Shown piece after piece: positions 18,849 to 30,144 of a stretch of DNA of 64,000 nt. The stretch spans positions 64,001-128,000 of the forward strand of contig CAWJGT010000003.1 of NCBI GenBank assembly GCA_963842525.1. Direction: 5' to 3'. The position numbers and the translations under genes are program-made. Source of the DNA: an uncultured Holophagales bacterium (lineage in GTDB: Bacteria > Acidobacteriota > Thermoanaerobaculia > Multivoradales > UBA5704). The notes under the pieces are model-generated. The model was given only the letters and a program-made list of their open reading frames with translations. It was not told where the DNA came from and did no database searches. Positions within the stretch are counted from its first letter, which is position 1. Each line of letters starts with the position of its first letter.

Positions 18849-21800
18849 CTACGACAGCAGCAGCTCCAGATCCTCCCGGCTGAGGCGGGCGATCAGGCTC
18901 TGGTCGGCCTGGATGATGGCGTCGGCGAGGTCGCGCTTGCTTTCCTGGAGCTGCAGGATCTTCTCCTCGACCGTGTCGCGCGCGACGAGGCGGTAGGCGA
19001 AGACCGGCCGCGTCTGGCCGATGCGGTGGGCGCGGTCGATGGCCTGGGCTTCGACCGCCGGGTTCCACCAGGGGTCGAGGAGGTAGACGTAGTCGGCGGC
19101 GGTCAGGTTGAGACCCAGCCCTCCGGCCTTGAGGCTGATCAGGAACAGGCGGCAGCCTGCATCGGACTGGAACTGCTCGACCCGCTCCCGGCGGTCGCGG
19201 GTGCGGCCGTCGAGATAAAGGTAGGGGATCCCCTCCGCGGTCGAGGTGGCGGCGCACCAGGGCGAGGAAGCTCGTGAACTGGGAGAAGACCAGGGCCTTG
19301 TGCCCCTCGGCGAGCACCTCGCGGAGCTGGGGCAGCAGGAGGTCGAGCTTGGCGGCGGGCTCGTCGCTACGGTCGCGGTCGAGGAGACCGGGATGGCAGG
19401 CCGCCTGCCGCAGGCGCAGCAGGGCTTCGAGGACCAGGATCTTGGTGCGCCCGAGCCCCTGCGCTTCGATGCGCCCGCTCAGCGAATTGCGGTAGTGGTC
19501 GCGCAGCTCGTCGTAGAGCCGGCGCTGCTTCGGCGGCAGCTCGCAGTAGAGGGTCTGCTCGACCTTGGCGGGCAGCTCCGGGGCGACCTGCTCCTTGGTG
19601 CGGCGCAGGAGGAAGGGGCGCAGTGCACGGGCGAGGAGCGTCCGCGTCTCCGCGTCCGGATCGCGCAGCTCGGTCGACCTGGCCCGCAGGAGCGGGGAGG
19701 CTCCCAGCATGCCGGGGTTCAGGAACTCGAGCAGGCTCCACAGCTCGCCCAGATGGTTCTCGATCGGCGTGCCGCTCAGGGCCAGGCGGTGCCGGCCGCG
19801 CAGCAGGCGGGCGGCCTTGGCCGTCTGGCTGTCGGCGTTCTTGATCGCCTGCGCCTCGTCCAGGATGACGTAGTCGAATTCCGTCTGGCGCAGCGTCGCC
19901 AGGTCCCGGCGCAGGGTGCCGTAGGTGGTGAGCACGAGGTCGTAGCCCTTGAAGGCGTCCTCGTCCCGGGCGCGGCCGGTGCCGGTGTAGTCGAGAACCC
20001 GCAGCCGGGGCGTGAAGCGGGCCGCTTCGGCGAGCCAGTTGAAGACGAGCGAGCGGGGGACCACGACCAGCGACGGCCCCGGTTTCTGCCGGGTGGGCCG
20101 GGTGCGCGCGGTCCGGCGCGCTTCGAGGAGGGCCAGGACCTGCACGGTCTTGCCCAGCCCCATGTCGTCCGCCAGGCAGCCGCCGAAGCCGAAGTCGCGC
20201 AGGAAGTGGAGCCACCCCAGGCCGGCGCGCTGGTAGTCCCGCAGCTCGCCCTGGAACCCCGGCGGCGGGTCGGCCGGGGCCACGCCCTCGAAACGGTGGA
20301 GGCGGTTGCGGGCGCGGGCGAAGGCCGCGTCGCAGGTCACCTCGGGCTCGCCGGCGAGCCATGCGTCGAGAAGGCAGGCCTGGACCGGCTGGAACCGCAC
20401 GTGGTCCTTGTGCGTCTGCCCGAGGCCGGCGACCGGGGCGAGCCGCTTCAACCATTCTTCGGGGAGCAGGCCGAGCGTTCCGTCCGAGAGGGGAACGAAT
20501 CCGTCGCCTCGTTCGAGGGCGGCGAGGAGCTCGGGCAGGCGGACGATCTCGGGGGTCCCGGGGTTCGCGCCGGAGAACTGCGCTTCGCCGTGCAGCTCGA
20601 ACCAGTCGACGCCCGAGCTGACCGCGAGCTGGAAGTTGCCGGCGGACCGATACAGCTTTCCCTTCGCCTCGACTTGCCATCCTTCCGAGAGAAGTGTGCG
20701 TACGGCCACCGCGACCCGGTTCGCAGGGATCGGCATCGGGAGCGTCTCGGAGCCGTTCCGGGCCGGACGGAATCCGAGGTCCGGCAGGCGGTCGGCAGCC
20801 CGCTGTTCCGCCTCGGGGTCGCGCAGCAGGAACTGCCGGTCCTCCCTTTCGTAGAGGCCCCGGCCGGGCGCCCCGGCGGGCACCTCGCGGCCGTCATAGA
20901 GGAAGGAGAGCTCCGCGCGCGGCCACTCGCGGTAGCTTTCCCCTTCGGTGGCCGGCCGCAGGCGGAGCCGCGGCATGGGGACCGGACGAACCTCTTGAAT
21001 GCGCATCGCCTCCGGCAGGTCGAGCCGGGGCATCCGGGGCGAAGCCACGAGGCGCTCGAGCAGCTCGTCCCGGTCGGCCGCCGGCACCCGCAGCGTTCCG
21101 AGGCTTTGGAGCAGAGGGATCCAGCCGAAGTCGCCCCGGACGTCGAGCCGGGCAGCCCGGCCGCCGGTGAAGACCAGCCCCGAGCGGAGCACGAGAGCCG
21201 GCTCGGTGAGGCCCAGGCGCTCCCCGTTGCGGCGCAGGGAGCCGGTCACTTCACAGTCCTGCGCTTCGTTCTCGCGCACCTCCAGCCAGAGCTCCCAGGG
21301 CTCTGCGTCGTCCCAGACGAGGGGCTCTCCCTCCGATCCAGGGCTGCGGCGCAGGCGGCAACGCCCGGTGGCGCAGAGGAGAGGGACGAGCGTGGCCGCC
21401 GCCGGCTCGGGGAAGCTGGGGGAGGAGGGGACGGTCTCCGAGACGGAGGCATAGGAGTACCAGGTCCGCCAGGGGCTGCTCTGCGGCGCGCCGGCCAGCA
21501 GAGCGAGGACCTCGCGGTCGGCGGGGTCGGGCAGGCGGGGGATCTGGCTGCGCGAGACCCGCAGGGGGTAGCTCTTCCCCAGCGTGCCGTCGAGCTTCCT
21601 CCGTGCGCCCAGGAGGTCCAACTTGAGCCGCTGGACCTGTCGCGTGGCCTCCGCGTCGATCACATAGACGATCTCGTCCGCGGAGGTGAAAGGAGCCTCC
21701 TCCCGGCTGATCGTTGCGAAGAGGTCGCGCCAGACCGGAGGCCGGCTCTGCATGGAAAGCTGGGGAGTGCGCGGTACCGGGGCGGGCTGCGGCGGCCTGG

Positions 21801-22248
21801 GTCGCTTCTTGTCCTCGAAGCGCCCCCCTATCCAGCCGTCGTCCTCTTCTTCCTCCTCGTCCCCAACGTCCTCTTCGTCCTCATCCCAGATCTCACCTTC
21901 GTCGGGGTCTTCCCAGTCCTCCTCCACCGCTACCTCGGCGACGAGCACGCGGGGCAGGCCGCCTCCCGGGCCCCGCAGCCCGCCTTTTGCGTCCGCGGCC
22001 AGGATCGTCGCCCATACGTGCTGGCAGGGCTCGCCGCGGTCGGCGATATAGGGGCAGGTGCAGGAGGCGTACAGGCGCTTCGACTCGCGGGTCAGAAGGA
22101 CATGGTACTCGTCGGAGCCGAAGACGGTCGCCGCCACGACATCGCGGTCGCTGGAGGTGACGGAGACCTTGCCGTCCCGGAAGTATTGCTGGCCGCGCTT
22201 GCGGACTCCAGAGTCGACGGAATGGGCGAGAGTGGAGGCGAGCGTCAT
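18849..22248 (-). CDS. SWIM zinc-finger SNF2/DEAD-box helicase (apparent +1 indel near 19240)
   Basis: CTCP...CQH SWIM; [10 protein letters not shown]; DEAQ; LSGTPIEN. After the frame change: [36 protein letters not shown], stop at 18849. Confidence 0.9.
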
Positions 22249-22348
22249 CGGGACACATGCTATCAATTCCCGAGTCGCATGACGAGATCGCGGACAAGCA
22301 CATTGGAAACCATCGGCCGTCCGATGACGTAGGTGAAGGCGTAGGATC

Positions 22349-22934
22349 ATGGCCGTGTCCGACCCAATCGCCGAGAGCACCTCTGTCCTGGACAGCGCCG
22401 ACTTTTCCGGCGCCGCCGGCCGCCGTCGCCGTTCCGCCGTCGGTCGCCGACGGCGTCGAGCGCTCCCTCGATCCGCGTTCGATCGCGCTCCAGCGGACCG
22501 TCGGCTGGATCGTCGCCGGCTCGATCTCGCTCGGCCTTCTCCTCGGGGTCGGCATCCTTCTGCTGGTCCCCATCCCGGGGTGGATCAAGGCCCTGGCCGC
22601 TCTGCTCTGGGCCGGCATCACGCTGACCCTGGCGTGGCTTGCGCACCGCTGGCCCGAGATCGAGCACCGCCACGCCTCGTACAGGGTCGACGGGCAGGGC
22701 CTGGAGATCCGCCGGGGTGTCGTCTGGCGTGGCGTCCTCAACGTGCCTCGCTCGCGCGTTCAGCACACCGACGTCTCGCAGGGCCCCCTCGAGCGCAGCC
22801 ACGGGCTCGGCACACTGGTCATCTACACGGCGGGCACCCATCACGCGCGGGTCGACCTGCACGGCCTGGACTATTCGACGGCGCTCCGCATCCGCGACCA
22901 TCTCCTGCCGCGGGAAGGCGACGATGCCATCTGA
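22349..22934 (+). CDS. Bacterial PH-domain (YdbS-like) membrane protein; start uncertain, possible indel near 22405
   Basis: YRVDGQGLEIRRGV...VPRSRVQHTDVSQGPLER..GLGTLVIYTAG. Confidence 0.8.
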
Positions 22935-24459
22935 CCAGCGGCTCCACCCGCTGTCGGTCCTTTTCAGCTTCCTGACGCAGCTCAAAGGCTTCGCCATCCC
23001 GGGGATCCTTCTCCTTGTGGGCGCTGGCTCCGCGGGCTGGTTGGGCTGGCAGATGTGGACGGCCCTGTTCCTGATCCCGCAGGCGCTCGTATCCATCGCC
23101 CGGTACGTCTCGTTCCGCTACCGCTACGACGAGAACGAAATGGTGATCCGGTCGGGGGTCCTCTTCCGCAACGAACGGCATATCCCCTACAGGCGCATCC
23201 AGAACCTGGACGCCGTGCAGAACGTGCTCCATCGCCTCTTCGGCGTCGTGGAGGTCCGCCTGGAGACGGGCGGCGGCGACGAGCCAGAAGCGAAGATGAG
23301 CGTCCTGCCGCTCGCCGCTTTCGAGGAGATGCGGCGGCGCGTCTTCGCGGAGAAGAGCGGAGCTGGCGAGCCGGCGGATGCCGCCGCTGCAGTCGCCGAA
23401 TTACCCGCGGGCCGGACCCTCCTCCATCTGCCTCCGCGCGAGCTGATGCTCTATGGCCTGATCGAGAACCGCGGCGTCGTGCTCCTCGCCGCGGCCTTCG
23501 GACTGGTCTGGGAGCTGGAGTTCTTGAGCGGCGGCTTCGACAGGGTCTTCGGCCGCATCTTCGGCGAGCAGACGTCGGGCCGCGGCCTGGTCCGCTCCAT
23601 TGCGTCGGCGTTGCTCGGCCAGGGAGGGCTGCCGGTGGGCCGGATCGCGCTCGCCCTGGGGGCGTTCGTCCTCCTCCTCCTGGCCCTCCGGCTGTTCTCC
23701 ATGGCCTGGGCGCTCGTCCGCCTGTATGGTTTCCGGCTCACCCTCGCGGGAGAGGACCTCCGCACCGAGCTCGGCCTCCTCACGCGGGTCACCACGACGA
23801 TCCCGCTGCGCCGGATCCAGACGCTGACGATCCGGGAAGGGCCGCTCCATCAACTGTGCCGGCGCGCGTCGGTGCGTGTGGACACGGCCGGAGGCAGCGG
23901 CGGTGAGGAGGGCGAGGGCGCGAAGCAGCGCGAATGGCTGGCCCCGATCCTGCGCCGCGCCGAGCTGCCGGGCCTTCTGCGCGAGGTGCTGCCCGAGCTG
24001 GATCTGGCGGCGGTTACCTGGAATCCTGCCGCTCCCCGCGCCTTCCGGCGCGAGCTCAAGACCTCGCTCCTCGTGGCCGTCGCGGTCGCCCTGCCGTTCG
24101 TCCTTCTCCTGAAGTGGTGGGACCTCGCCCTGCTGGCGGTCCTCGTCGCCTGGGCCGTCGCCGCCGCCCGCCTGCACGTCGCCCATCTCGGGTGGGCCGT
24201 GACCGGCAGCGCGGTCCTCTTCCGCAGCGGCTGGCTCTGGAAGCAGGTGAGCATCGCGCGCTTCGCCAAGATCCAGGCCGTGGCGCTCCACGAATCCCCC
24301 TTCGACCGCCGCACCGCCATGGCGCGAGTCCGCGTGGACACGGCCGGCGCGGGGGACCTGTCGCACCGCGTGGACATCCCCTACCTCGCGCGCGAGACCG
24401 CCCAGGATCTCTACAATCTCCTCGCGCTGCAAGCCGCCCGCACCGCGTTCCGGTGGTGA
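22924..24459 (+). CDS. YdbT-like multi-PH-domain membrane protein
   Basis: RLHPLS start and three bPH repeats (IPYRRIQN, IPLRRIQT, FAKIQAV). Confidence 0.85.
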   Translation: MPSDQRLHPLSVLFSFLTQLKGFAIPGILLLVGAGSAGWLGWQMWTALFLIPQALVSIARYVSFRYRYDENEMVIRSGVLFRNERHIPYRRIQNLDAVQNVLHRLFGVVEVRLETGGGDEPEAKMSVLPLAAFEEMRRRVFAEKSGAGEPADAAAAVAELPAGRTLLHLPPRELMLYGLIENRGVVLLAAAFGLVWELEFLSGGFDRVFGRIFGEQTSGRGLVRSIASALLGQGGLPVGRIALALGAFVLLLLALRLFSMAWALVRLYGFRLTLAGEDLRTELGLLTRVTTTIPLRRIQTLTIREGPLHQLCRRASVRVDTAGGSGGEEGEGAKQREWLAPILRRAELPGLLREVLPELDLAAVTWNPAAPRAFRRELKTSLLVAVAVALPFVLLLKWWDLALLAVLVAWAVAAARLHVAHLGWAVTGSAVLFRSGWLWKQVSIARFAKIQAVALHESPFDRRTAMARVRVDTAGAGDLSHRVDIPYLARETAQDLYNLLALQAARTAFRW

Positions 24460-24467
24460 GGGCCCCG

Positions 24468-27047
24468 TCACTCCTCCCGCAGCACCTCGATCGGGCGCCG
24501 TTCGAGCGCCCGGAGGCTGGCGGCCAGGCCGGCGGCGATGGTGAGGATCACGCCGCTGGCGAGGGCCACGGCGATGGGCAGCGGCTCGAAGCGGAAGTCC
24601 AGCTCGAAGCCGTGGTGCAGGATCCCCCAGGCCAGGGCCGTGCCGCCCGCCGTGCCGATCAGCGCGGCGACCAGGCCGATCAGGGCGTATTCCACCGCGA
24701 AGGTGCCGGCGACGTTGCGGCGGGTCATCCCCAGGGTCTTGAGCAGGGCCACCTCGCGGCCGCGGCGGACCGAGCCGGCGGTCACCGCGCCGGCCAGGAT
24801 CGCGATCCCGGCGAGCACCGTGAAGCCGCCCAGGAAGCGGATGCCGACGCCGATCCGGTCGAGCACCTGCGCGACCTTTTCCAGGATCTCGCGGATGCGC
24901 AGCAGCGTCACGTTCGGATAGCCGGCCGCGAGCAGGTCCTGGAACCTCTGCTCCGTGCCGCGCGGGAGCTGGAAGGCGGCCAGCCGCAGTTGCGGCGCGT
25001 TCTCCAGCACGCCCGGCTCGACGACCAGGAAGAAGTTGATGCCGAAGGTCCGCCAGTCCACCGTCCGCAGGCTGGTGACCTTCAGGTCGACGGGCACGCC
25101 CTGGATGTCGAAGCGGATCATCGAGCCGAGCTTGAGGCCCATGTCGTCCGCGAACTCCTGCTCCACGCTCACCTCGGCGTGCGCCGGATCGTTCCACAGG
25201 GAGCCCGCGACGACCTGGTTGTCGGCGGGCAGGTCCTCGACGTAGGTCAGGCGCTGCTCGCGGGTCAGGGCCCAGCGGCGCCCGCCCTCGCGATTGTCGC
25301 GGCCATTACGGCCATCCCGGCCACGGCGTTGCCCGCGGGTCAGCTCCGCGACCGTGCGGCCGTCGAGGGCCGAGATCCGGGCCATGACCACCGGGACCGA
25401 CTCGATGCGGGTTGCGCCCTCGCGCTGGAGCAGCGCCAGGATGCCAGGCCATTGGGCCGGCTGGACGTCGACCAGGAAGGCGCTGGGGGCCTCCGTGGGC
25501 ATGTCCGTCGACAGCTCCCGATTGAGCCGCCGCTGCACCAGCGACATGGAGAGGACGACGAGCACGCCGAGGCCGAGGGCGACGATGGCGCCGACGGTCG
25601 AGGCGCCGGGCCGGGCGAGCGCCGCGATGCCGTGCCGCAGCCACGGGCGCCGGACGGACTCGCGCGGCATGCGCCGGATCCCCCGCGATACCAGGAGCGC
25701 CGCCGCGGTGAGGGCGAGCGCGGCCACGGCGACACCGGCGGTGAAGCGGGCGCCGAGGTCCCACGAGCGCGCCTGGAGGCTCGCCATGGTCCACACGCCG
25801 AGGATCAGGGCGAGCACCGTGGCGGCGGTGACCCAGCGGTGGGAGGGAAGCGGCTCGGCCTCGCGCCGCAGCACCCGGGCCGGCGGCACGCGCAGCACGG
25901 CCGAGAGCGGCGGCAGGCTGAAGAGCACCGCCACGCCGAGGCCCAGGCCGAGCCCGCGCAGCAGCGACTGCGGCTGCCAGGGGCGGACCAGCTCGGCGGG
26001 AATCAGGTCCGGGAAGAGCGACGGAAGGGCGAGCTGGACCAGCGCGCCGGCAACGATCCCCACCAGGCTGCCGGCGAGGCCGAGCAGCGCCGTCTGCCCG
26101 AGATAAAGGGGAAAGATCTCGCGCGGGCGAAGCCCCAGGCACTTGAGCACCGCGATGGCGTCCAGCCGGCTCGCCATCCAGGCGCGCACGCTCTGGGCCA
26201 CGCCGATGCCGCCGACGAAGAGCGAGAGCAGAGCGACGAGGCCGAGGAAGCGGTCGACGCGCGCGATGCTCCGGCGCAGCGCGGGCTGCGCCTCGCGCCA
26301 GGTCTCGATGCGGTAGAACGACAGGTCGGGCAGCAACGCCCGCCGCAGCCGCTGCTTGGCGGCGTCCAGCTCCCCTGCCGAGAGGTCTTCGGGGAGCTTG
26401 AGCAGCGTGCGGTAGCCGATGCGGCTGCCGCGGCCCACCAGGCCGCTGCGGGCAAATGCCTCCGGGGACAGGAAGACCCGCGGCCCCAGGGTGAACGATA
26501 TGCTGATGCGGTCCGGCTCCGAGAGCACCTCGCCGGCGATCCGGAAGGGCTGGCCGCCGATGCGCAAGGTGTCCCCGGTGCGCAGGCCGAGGCGCGCGAG
26601 CAGCTCGGAGGCGACGACGGCCGTGCCGGGACGCAGGAGGCCGCGCAGCGGCACGCGGGGCCGCAGCTCGAGCTTGCCGTAGAAGGGATAGTCGCCGCGG
26701 ACGACCTTGAGCTCGACGAGCTGGCTCTTGCCGGGCCGGCCCGGCGCCTGGGGTGGGCCGGTGACGACCGTGACGGTCTCCTGGATGTCGGTGCGCTGCG
26801 CGTCTTCGAGGCCGGCCTTGGCGAGGTCGAGCCCCGGCGGCAGCGGCCGGTTCCCTTCGATCGAGAGGTCGGCCGCCAGGAGCTGCCGGGCCTCGGTGCG
26901 GATCCCTTCGTCCAGGCTGGCCGACATGCCCGCGACGGCGACCACGGCGGCCACTCCGACGGACAGGCAGGCGACGAAGAAGGTGAGCCGGCCGCGGGCG
27001 CCGCGCGACTCGCGGATGAGGCTGCGGAGGTAGAACGCCAGGCTCAA
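24468..27047 (-). CDS. ybbP: ABC transporter permease (YbbP/FtsX-like)
   Basis: LLAADL, YPFYG, IAVLKCLG, REQRLTY, VDWRTFGINFF. Confidence 0.85.
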   Translation of the reverse strand: MSLAFYLRSLIRESRGARGRLTFFVACLSVGVAAVVAVAGMSASLDEGIRTEARQLLAADLSIEGNRPLPPGLDLAKAGLEDAQRTDIQETVTVVTGPPQAPGRPGKSQLVELKVVRGDYPFYGKLELRPRVPLRGLLRPGTAVVASELLARLGLRTGDTLRIGGQPFRIAGEVLSEPDRISISFTLGPRVFLSPEAFARSGLVGRGSRIGYRTLLKLPEDLSAGELDAAKQRLRRALLPDLSFYRIETWREAQPALRRSIARVDRFLGLVALLSLFVGGIGVAQSVRAWMASRLDAIAVLKCLGLRPREIFPLYLGQTALLGLAGSLVGIVAGALVQLALPSLFPDLIPAELVRPWQPQSLLRGLGLGLGVAVLFSLPPLSAVLRVPPARVLRREAEPLPSHRWVTAATVLALILGVWTMASLQARSWDLGARFTAGVAVAALALTAAALLVSRGIRRMPRESVRRPWLRHGIAALARPGASTVGAIVALGLGVLVVLSMSLVQRRLNRELSTDMPTEAPSAFLVDVQPAQWPGILALLQREGATRIESVPVVMARISALDGRTVAELTRGQRRGRDGRNGRDNREGGRRWALTREQRLTYVEDLPADNQVVAGSLWNDPAHAEVSVEQEFADDMGLKLGSMIRFDIQGVPVDLKVTSLRTVDWRTFGINFFLVVEPGVLENAPQLRLAAFQLPRGTEQRFQDLLAAGYPNVTLLRIREILEKVAQVLDRIGVGIRFLGGFTVLAGIAILAGAVTAGSVRRGREVALLKTLGMTRRNVAGTFAVEYALIGLVAALIGTAGGTALAWGILHHGFELDFRFEPLPIAVALASGVILTIAAGLAASLRALERRPIEVLREE

Positions 27048-27051
27048 GCCG

Positions 27052-27774
<723 letters not shown>

Positions 27775-27877
27775 CGGACGGAATAAGCGAAGGGCGCCCC
27801 GGTTTTGTTCCACGCAGGATGGTACGACCGGCGCCGGCCGATCTTACCCTGTCTGGTTTGGAGCACTGGAGATCGAG

Positions 27878-28619
27878 ATGGCGACGACCTGGCGCAGACT
27901 TCCCTTCCTTTTCTTCCTGTCCTTCCTGTTTCTGGGGCTGCTCGCCTGCAGGCAAGTTGAGACCGGGGAGACCTCCGAGGCTCCCGCGCCCGAGCGGGCG
28001 GCGCCTCCTGCTCCAGCCGCCGCCCCTGCTCCCGCGCCGACCGCCGCCGGGGGCTCCGGTCGTCGTCTTCCTGGGCGACAGCCTGACGGCCGGCCTGGGC
28101 CTCGACGGCGACCAGGCCTATCCGGCCCTCCTGGCGCGCCGGCTCGCCGAGCAGGGCACGCCGGCCCGGGTGATCAACGCCGGGGTGAGCGGCGACACGA
28201 CCGCGGGCGGGCTCTCCCGTCTCGACTGGCTGCTGCGCCAGAAGCCCGACGTGATCGTGGTGGGTCTGGGCGGCAACGACGGCCTGCGCGGGGTCGACCT
28301 GGCGCAGACCGAGAGCAACCTGCGGGAGATCGTCCGCCGCGCCAAGGCCGCGGGAGTGCGCGTCCTCCTGCTCGGCATGCGGATCCCGCCCAACTACGGC
28401 CCCGAGTACACGAGCCGCTTCGAAGCCATGTATCCGGAGATCGCCAGGGAGCAGGGTGTCCCCCTGGTTCCCTTCCTCCTCGAGGGCGTCGGCGGCATCG
28501 CCGACCTCAACCAGGAGGACGCCATCCACCCGACGGCAAAGGGGCAGGAGATCGTTGCGGACAACGTGGAGCCCTACCTGCTGGAGATGTTGGAGATCCG
28601 GGCGGCCGCAGCGCGGTGA
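27878..28619 (+). CDS. tesA: SGNH arylesterase/thioesterase lipoprotein (apparent indel near 28040-28055)
   Basis: Lipoprotein signal MATTWRR...LLAC in one frame; GDSL, NAGVSGDTT, GGNDGLRG and DAIHP in the next. Divergent from ybbA as in the known ybbAP-tesA locus. Confidence 0.85.
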
Positions 28620-28624
28620 AAAAG

Positions 28625-28703
28625 CAAGGACACCAAGGACAACAACGACGCCAACGACAAGAACGGCGTCCTTGAAGTCCTTGATGTCCTTTGGGTCCTT
28701 TGG
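28625..28703. repeat. Short 9-bp periodic repeats arranged as an inverted structure between convergent genes
   Basis: CAAGGACAC CAAGGACAA CAACGAC... versus GTCCTTGAA GTCCTTGAT GTCCTTTGG GTCCTTTG. Confidence 0.7.
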
Positions 28704-28719
28704 AGACCCGGTTCGGCGG

Positions 28720-29499
28720 CTATCTGCCCGGCCCCTTCGCCCCCTCCCACAGCGCATCCATCTCTTCCAGCGTCGCCTCGGCCGCGGAGATCCCCTTTTC
28801 GGCGAGGCCCTTTTCGACCTGCTCGAAGCGGCGGCGGAACTTGCGGTTGGTGCCGGCGAGGGCGGCTTCGGGGTCGATGTCCAGCTTGCGGGCGAGGTTG
28901 GCGAGGGTGAAGAAGAGGTCGCCGATCTCCTCCCGCACGGCCTCCTTGTCCTGGCTTGCGAGAGCCTGGCGCAGCTCGGCGGTCTCCTCGTCGACCTTGG
29001 CGAGGACGGATTGGGCGTCCGGCCAGTCGAATCCGACCCCGGCGGCCTTCTGGGTCAGGCGGTAGGCGGCGAGGAGGGCGGGGAGAGAGCCGGGGACGCC
29101 GGCGAGGAGCGATTCGCGGCCCGGCTCTTCCCGCAGCTTCCGGCGCTCCCAGGCTTGGCGCACCGCGTCGGCGTCGGCCAGTACCTCGTCGCCGAAGACG
29201 TGCGGGTGGCGTTCCACCATTTTCCGGTGGACGCGATCGACGACCTGTGAGACTCTGAAGGCGCCTGCTTCCTCGGCCAGCCGTCCGATGAAGGCGACCT
29301 GGAAGAGCAGGTCTCCGAGCTCTTCGGCCAGCTCCCCCCAGTCGCCGCTGTCGATGGCGCCGGCCACCTCGTGGGCCTCTTCGAGGAGGTAGGCGCGGAC
29401 GTCGGCGAGGCCCTGCTCGCGGTCCCAGGGGCAGCCGTCCGGGGCGCGGAGGCGGGCCACGAGGTCGAGCAGCTTCTGGAGATCGGGGGTTTCGGTCAT
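28720..29499 (-). CDS. mazG: Nucleoside triphosphate pyrophosphohydrolase MazG
   Basis: GCPWDREQ, EELGDLLFQ, RHPHVF, GFDW, EEIGDL. Confidence 0.95.
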   Translation of the reverse strand: MTETPDLQKLLDLVARLRAPDGCPWDREQGLADVRAYLLEEAHEVAGAIDSGDWGELAEELGDLLFQVAFIGRLAEEAGAFRVSQVVDRVHRKMVERHPHVFGDEVLADADAVRQAWERRKLREEPGRESLLAGVPGSLPALLAAYRLTQKAAGVGFDWPDAQSVLAKVDEETAELRQALASQDKEAVREEIGDLFFTLANLARKLDIDPEAALAGTNRKFRRRFEQVEKGLAEKGISAAEATLEEMDALWEGAKGPGR

Positions 29500-29616
29500 C
29501 GGGAGGCCTCCGGGACCGGGGGCGCGCTTGCCCGCCGGGAAATCGGCTTGCTACGATTTTTCAACAGCTCGTCGAGAACCGTCCCGAGAGCCCGTCAGAA
29601 AGGAAAGGTGTCCAGG

Positions 29617-30144
29617 GTGAGCAGTCACGACAGAGAGATCAAGGTCACCGACAAGCGGATGTTTACGGCAGACGGCGAGCTGCGCGAAGAGTATCGCGAC
29701 CTCCTGGAAAAAGCGACCTCCGCGCCGGCTCCCGCTGCCACCGCCGCCGAGCCTGCCGAGCCCCCGGCGACCGCCGCGCCCCACGCGTCTCACGCCCCCC
29801 AGACACCACGCGGCACCGCGGCGGACCGGCGGCCCGCGCAGCGCGAGCCCGCGCCTCCTCCGGCGCCGGACGTCCCCCTCGACCTGCCGGAGGACTCGTC
29901 CGACTTCGGGCCTTCGTTCTATGACCTCGTGGCGATGATGGCCGAGCCCATCCCCATCTACCTGGGCGACGTCGAGCTGCCGAACGGCCAGTCGGCCGAA
30001 AACCTGGAAATGGCCCACCTGCACATCGACCTGCTCGACGTGCTGCGGCAGAAGACCGCCGGCAACCTTTCGGTCCAGGAAGCCGCTTTCCTCGAGGACC
30101 TGCTCTACCGCATGCGGGTCCGTTATGTCCAGAAGACGCGTTAG
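29617..30144 (+). CDS. DUF1844-like protein
   Basis: IKVTDKR N-terminus and HIDLLDVLRQKTAGNL...L..LR..YV C-terminus. Confidence 0.75.
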   Translation: MSSHDREIKVTDKRMFTADGELREEYRDLLEKATSAPAPAATAAEPAEPPATAAPHASHAPQTPRGTAADRRPAQREPAPPPAPDVPLDLPEDSSDFGPSFYDLVAMMAEPIPIYLGDVELPNGQSAENLEMAHLHIDLLDVLRQKTAGNLSVQEAAFLEDLLYRMRVRYVQKTR

